Shown here: positions 61,770 to 64,000 of the stretch, in pieces
How the letters are laid out: the number at the start of each line of letters is the position of its first letter
How positions within the stretch are numbered: the first letter of the stretch is position 1
DNA from: Felis catus
Taxonomy: Eukaryota
Assembly: GCF_018350175.1 (NCBI RefSeq)
Contig: NC_058368.1
Location: forward strand, 22,632,001 to 22,696,000
Length of the DNA: 64,000 nucleotides
Reading direction: 5' to 3'
Translations under genes and position numbers: made by a program
The notes under the pieces: model-generated
Seen by the model: only the letters and a program-made list of their open reading frames with translations
Told to the model about the DNA's origin: nothing
The model's database searches: none

Positions 61770-62460
61770 CTACCGAAGCGCTCTGCCGCCCTCTGCAGGT
61801 TCTGAGAGCAAAGTGTCAAAAGCAAAGAAGTGCTAGAACCCGGATGGGACGAAGTAATGGCCACATACTAGGCGGTCTTTGTCAGGCAGTTATTATATGT
61901 GGACTGTGCTGAGGAAGTTGCAGACACATCCTGGGAGCCTCAGGTCGCTAACATCCGGTGACCCCAGAGGTTAGGTTTCGTGCCCAAGTTCGCCCAGCCG
62001 GCGGTGGCAGGGCCACGTGACCACCAAGCTTGGCTTTTCCGCCTGTCCATCAACCGCTCCAGGAGCAGGCTGTCTGCATCTCCTGTCAAGCTCTGAGTCC
62101 TCCCTCCCCATCTCACTCGGCGTTGCCTGGAGAAGAAGCATCGTGACCAGTGAGAGTGAAGTCAGAGTCCGATATACTGTAGAACTCCGTAAGTACGTGC
62201 TCCTGTGTATGTACACAGATCAGAATGTTGGTAACACTTTTGCCTTGTTGGGGCCCCGTGTTCCTATTTCATTAGTATTGTGAGGCGGCCTGAGTGGTGA
62301 AGGCTGAGCCTGCACCTCGGATGGTTACCCTCTGAGAGAGGAGATTCAGATGAAGTCACCGCCAGCCAGTAATTCCAACGCACCTCATTTTCCTCATTTC
62401 TGGGCCTAAGGGGGACTCAGCAGGTGGGGGACGTGACGATCTGCGTTTATACAGAATCCT
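61770..62460 (+). promoter_or_regulatory. CpG-enriched promoter/enhancer-like segment with a USF-type E-box and a downstream 5' splice site
   Basis: About 29 CpG in about 690 bp by manual count, in non-repeat DNA; GGCCACGTGACC at 62011-62022; TCC|GTAAGT at 62188/62189. Confidence 0.4.
61783..61801 (-). promoter_or_regulatory. Candidate CTCF site
   Basis: Minus strand reads CCTGCAGAGGGCGGCAG, one mismatch to CCASYAGRKGGCRS. Confidence 0.5.
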
Positions 62461-64000
62461 GGCTTTAAGGTAACTAGCCAAAATATTAAGCTACCCCAAC
62501 AAATCCTTCAGTGAAAGCCAGAAAGCTAATCCCTGGTGCACCTTGTTTGAAATAAATTCTTTGGGCTGGGGCAAAATCTTGCAACAGGCCTCCTAAACCT
62601 CACGACCTCTCACCTGGGGTAATTATTCTCTGTAGGAAGACCCACTCATTTATTCCAGCAAGGCGATTTTCCTTTCCACTTTTCCTCCCCTCCTATCTAC
62701 TGCTACACCCACACCCTCCCTCAGCCCAAATGCAACCTGATTAAAGAAGGAAAAGGATGCAAGGATGCATCGAATGGGTGGGTCGATGCAAGGATGGGTC
62801 GAATATCCAAGCTGGCGAGACCCCAGCGCCCACACCCTTTGGGCTTCCGTGACCCACTGGAAAGCTGTAAATCACCCAGTGAAGGAAAGGCAGGCCTATG
62901 GCAGAAATTGAATCAATAGCCACAATAAATACTGGGATTGGGCCCCCAACTGTTCATAAGTAGCCACCTCAGGGAAATAGTTACCTTGGGGAAATAGAGA
63001 GGAGTCAGTCACACATGCAGACAGCTCCGCTTTGTATTCTTCTGAAGGTTCTTAATGTTTGTTAAACAAAGAGCATGTATTTGTTTTACCACACACACAG
63101 ACACACAAGATTATAGAAAATGCATTATTGTTTTCAGCTGCTGCATAAAGGAAATTAAATGATAGCCAGGGGAAAACTCCAGGAGGAAAAAAAAAATGAG
63201 AGCAGAGAAGCCAGAATCAAAAGATTTGTATCCCCGACTCAGCTTTCTTTGCCTGACATTCTTCATGCGAAAAATGGAGGAAATTATAATATTCATCTGC
63301 CGTGGTCACCCCACGAGGATTAAATGAGATGAGTAAAAAAAAAAAAACAAAAAAAAAACAAGTGCAGGGTTCCCCCCCCCCCCCCCCCCCGCTTAGTCCC
63401 TCATCCCTAAACCCCCTAACTTTGCCCAATGATGGAAGTTTAAATGCTCTGTTTCCAAACACAATTTGCCAAGAGGCTTGCCTTCAGGTGGTGTCCTAGG
63501 CAGCTGTGAGGCCACCAGCCTGGAGGAGCTGCCCAGCACAGGTGAGAAGGGGAGAACATTCCGAAGAAGCGTCTGGTGGTGATAGTTAATGTAGAAGCAT
63601 CTAAAGCTGAGTGGTGAAGACGTGGGTTGTTGCTGATTCTTAAACCACCCCGCAGATTACCACGCTAGTTTAAAACCAGAAACTAAAAGAAGGAAAAGAA
63701 AGTGTCTTTTCCAAATGTTTAAACTAAACCGTGAGGGTCATCTTTACTTCATACAAGTGCCACTTAGCAACAGAAAGGGTAATATGTACAGGGTGGCCGT
63801 TCTATTACTGGGTTCAGAACTCAGGGGCCTAGGTAAACCATATAGCTAGAGGATCTGAGAACTGCTGTCTTTCACATTCCAGGGTTGAAATAAAGGATTT
63901 TTCCTTTTTTTATTTAAGAAGGTAAGACAAGCGGTGCTAGAGATGCAAAAAAAGAGCTAAAGCCTGAAAAGAAATAATTATTGTATCAGAAAAGAGAATA

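Overview
Mammalian genomic DNA from a cat-family carnivore, judged from about 27 Can-SINE/SINEC_Fc-type insertions and felid-type L1 3' ends. It reads as repeat-dense intronic or intergenic sequence. I could not recognise any intact protein-coding exon, RNA gene or CRISPR array. The ORFs I could assign are translations of SINEs, L1/L2 relics, retroviral relics or simple repeats. Recognisable coding-derived relics are: (1) a complete, disabled processed pseudogene of NDUFC1 (complex I subunit) at about 22.1-22.5 kb, retrotransposed into an old L1 that itself sits in an L2; (2) an ERV1-class proviral relic at 0.1-3.0 kb (integrase C-terminus, env SU and TM motifs), split by a solo LTR; (3) an LTR-less ERV-L protease fragment at about 56.6-57.0 kb; (4) L1 ORF2 3' ends. 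Non-repeat signals worth testing are a CpG-enriched promoter-like segment at about 61.8-62.5 kb (CTCF and USF/E-box motifs plus a splice donor), a convergent CTCF pair at about 7.0 and 61.8 kb, a recursive-splice-site-like YAG|GTAAG at 13,397, and three candidate minus-strand exons. I found no evidence for a wholly new biological system. Repeat subfamily names come from memory of consensus sequences, and boundaries without a TSD are approximate.
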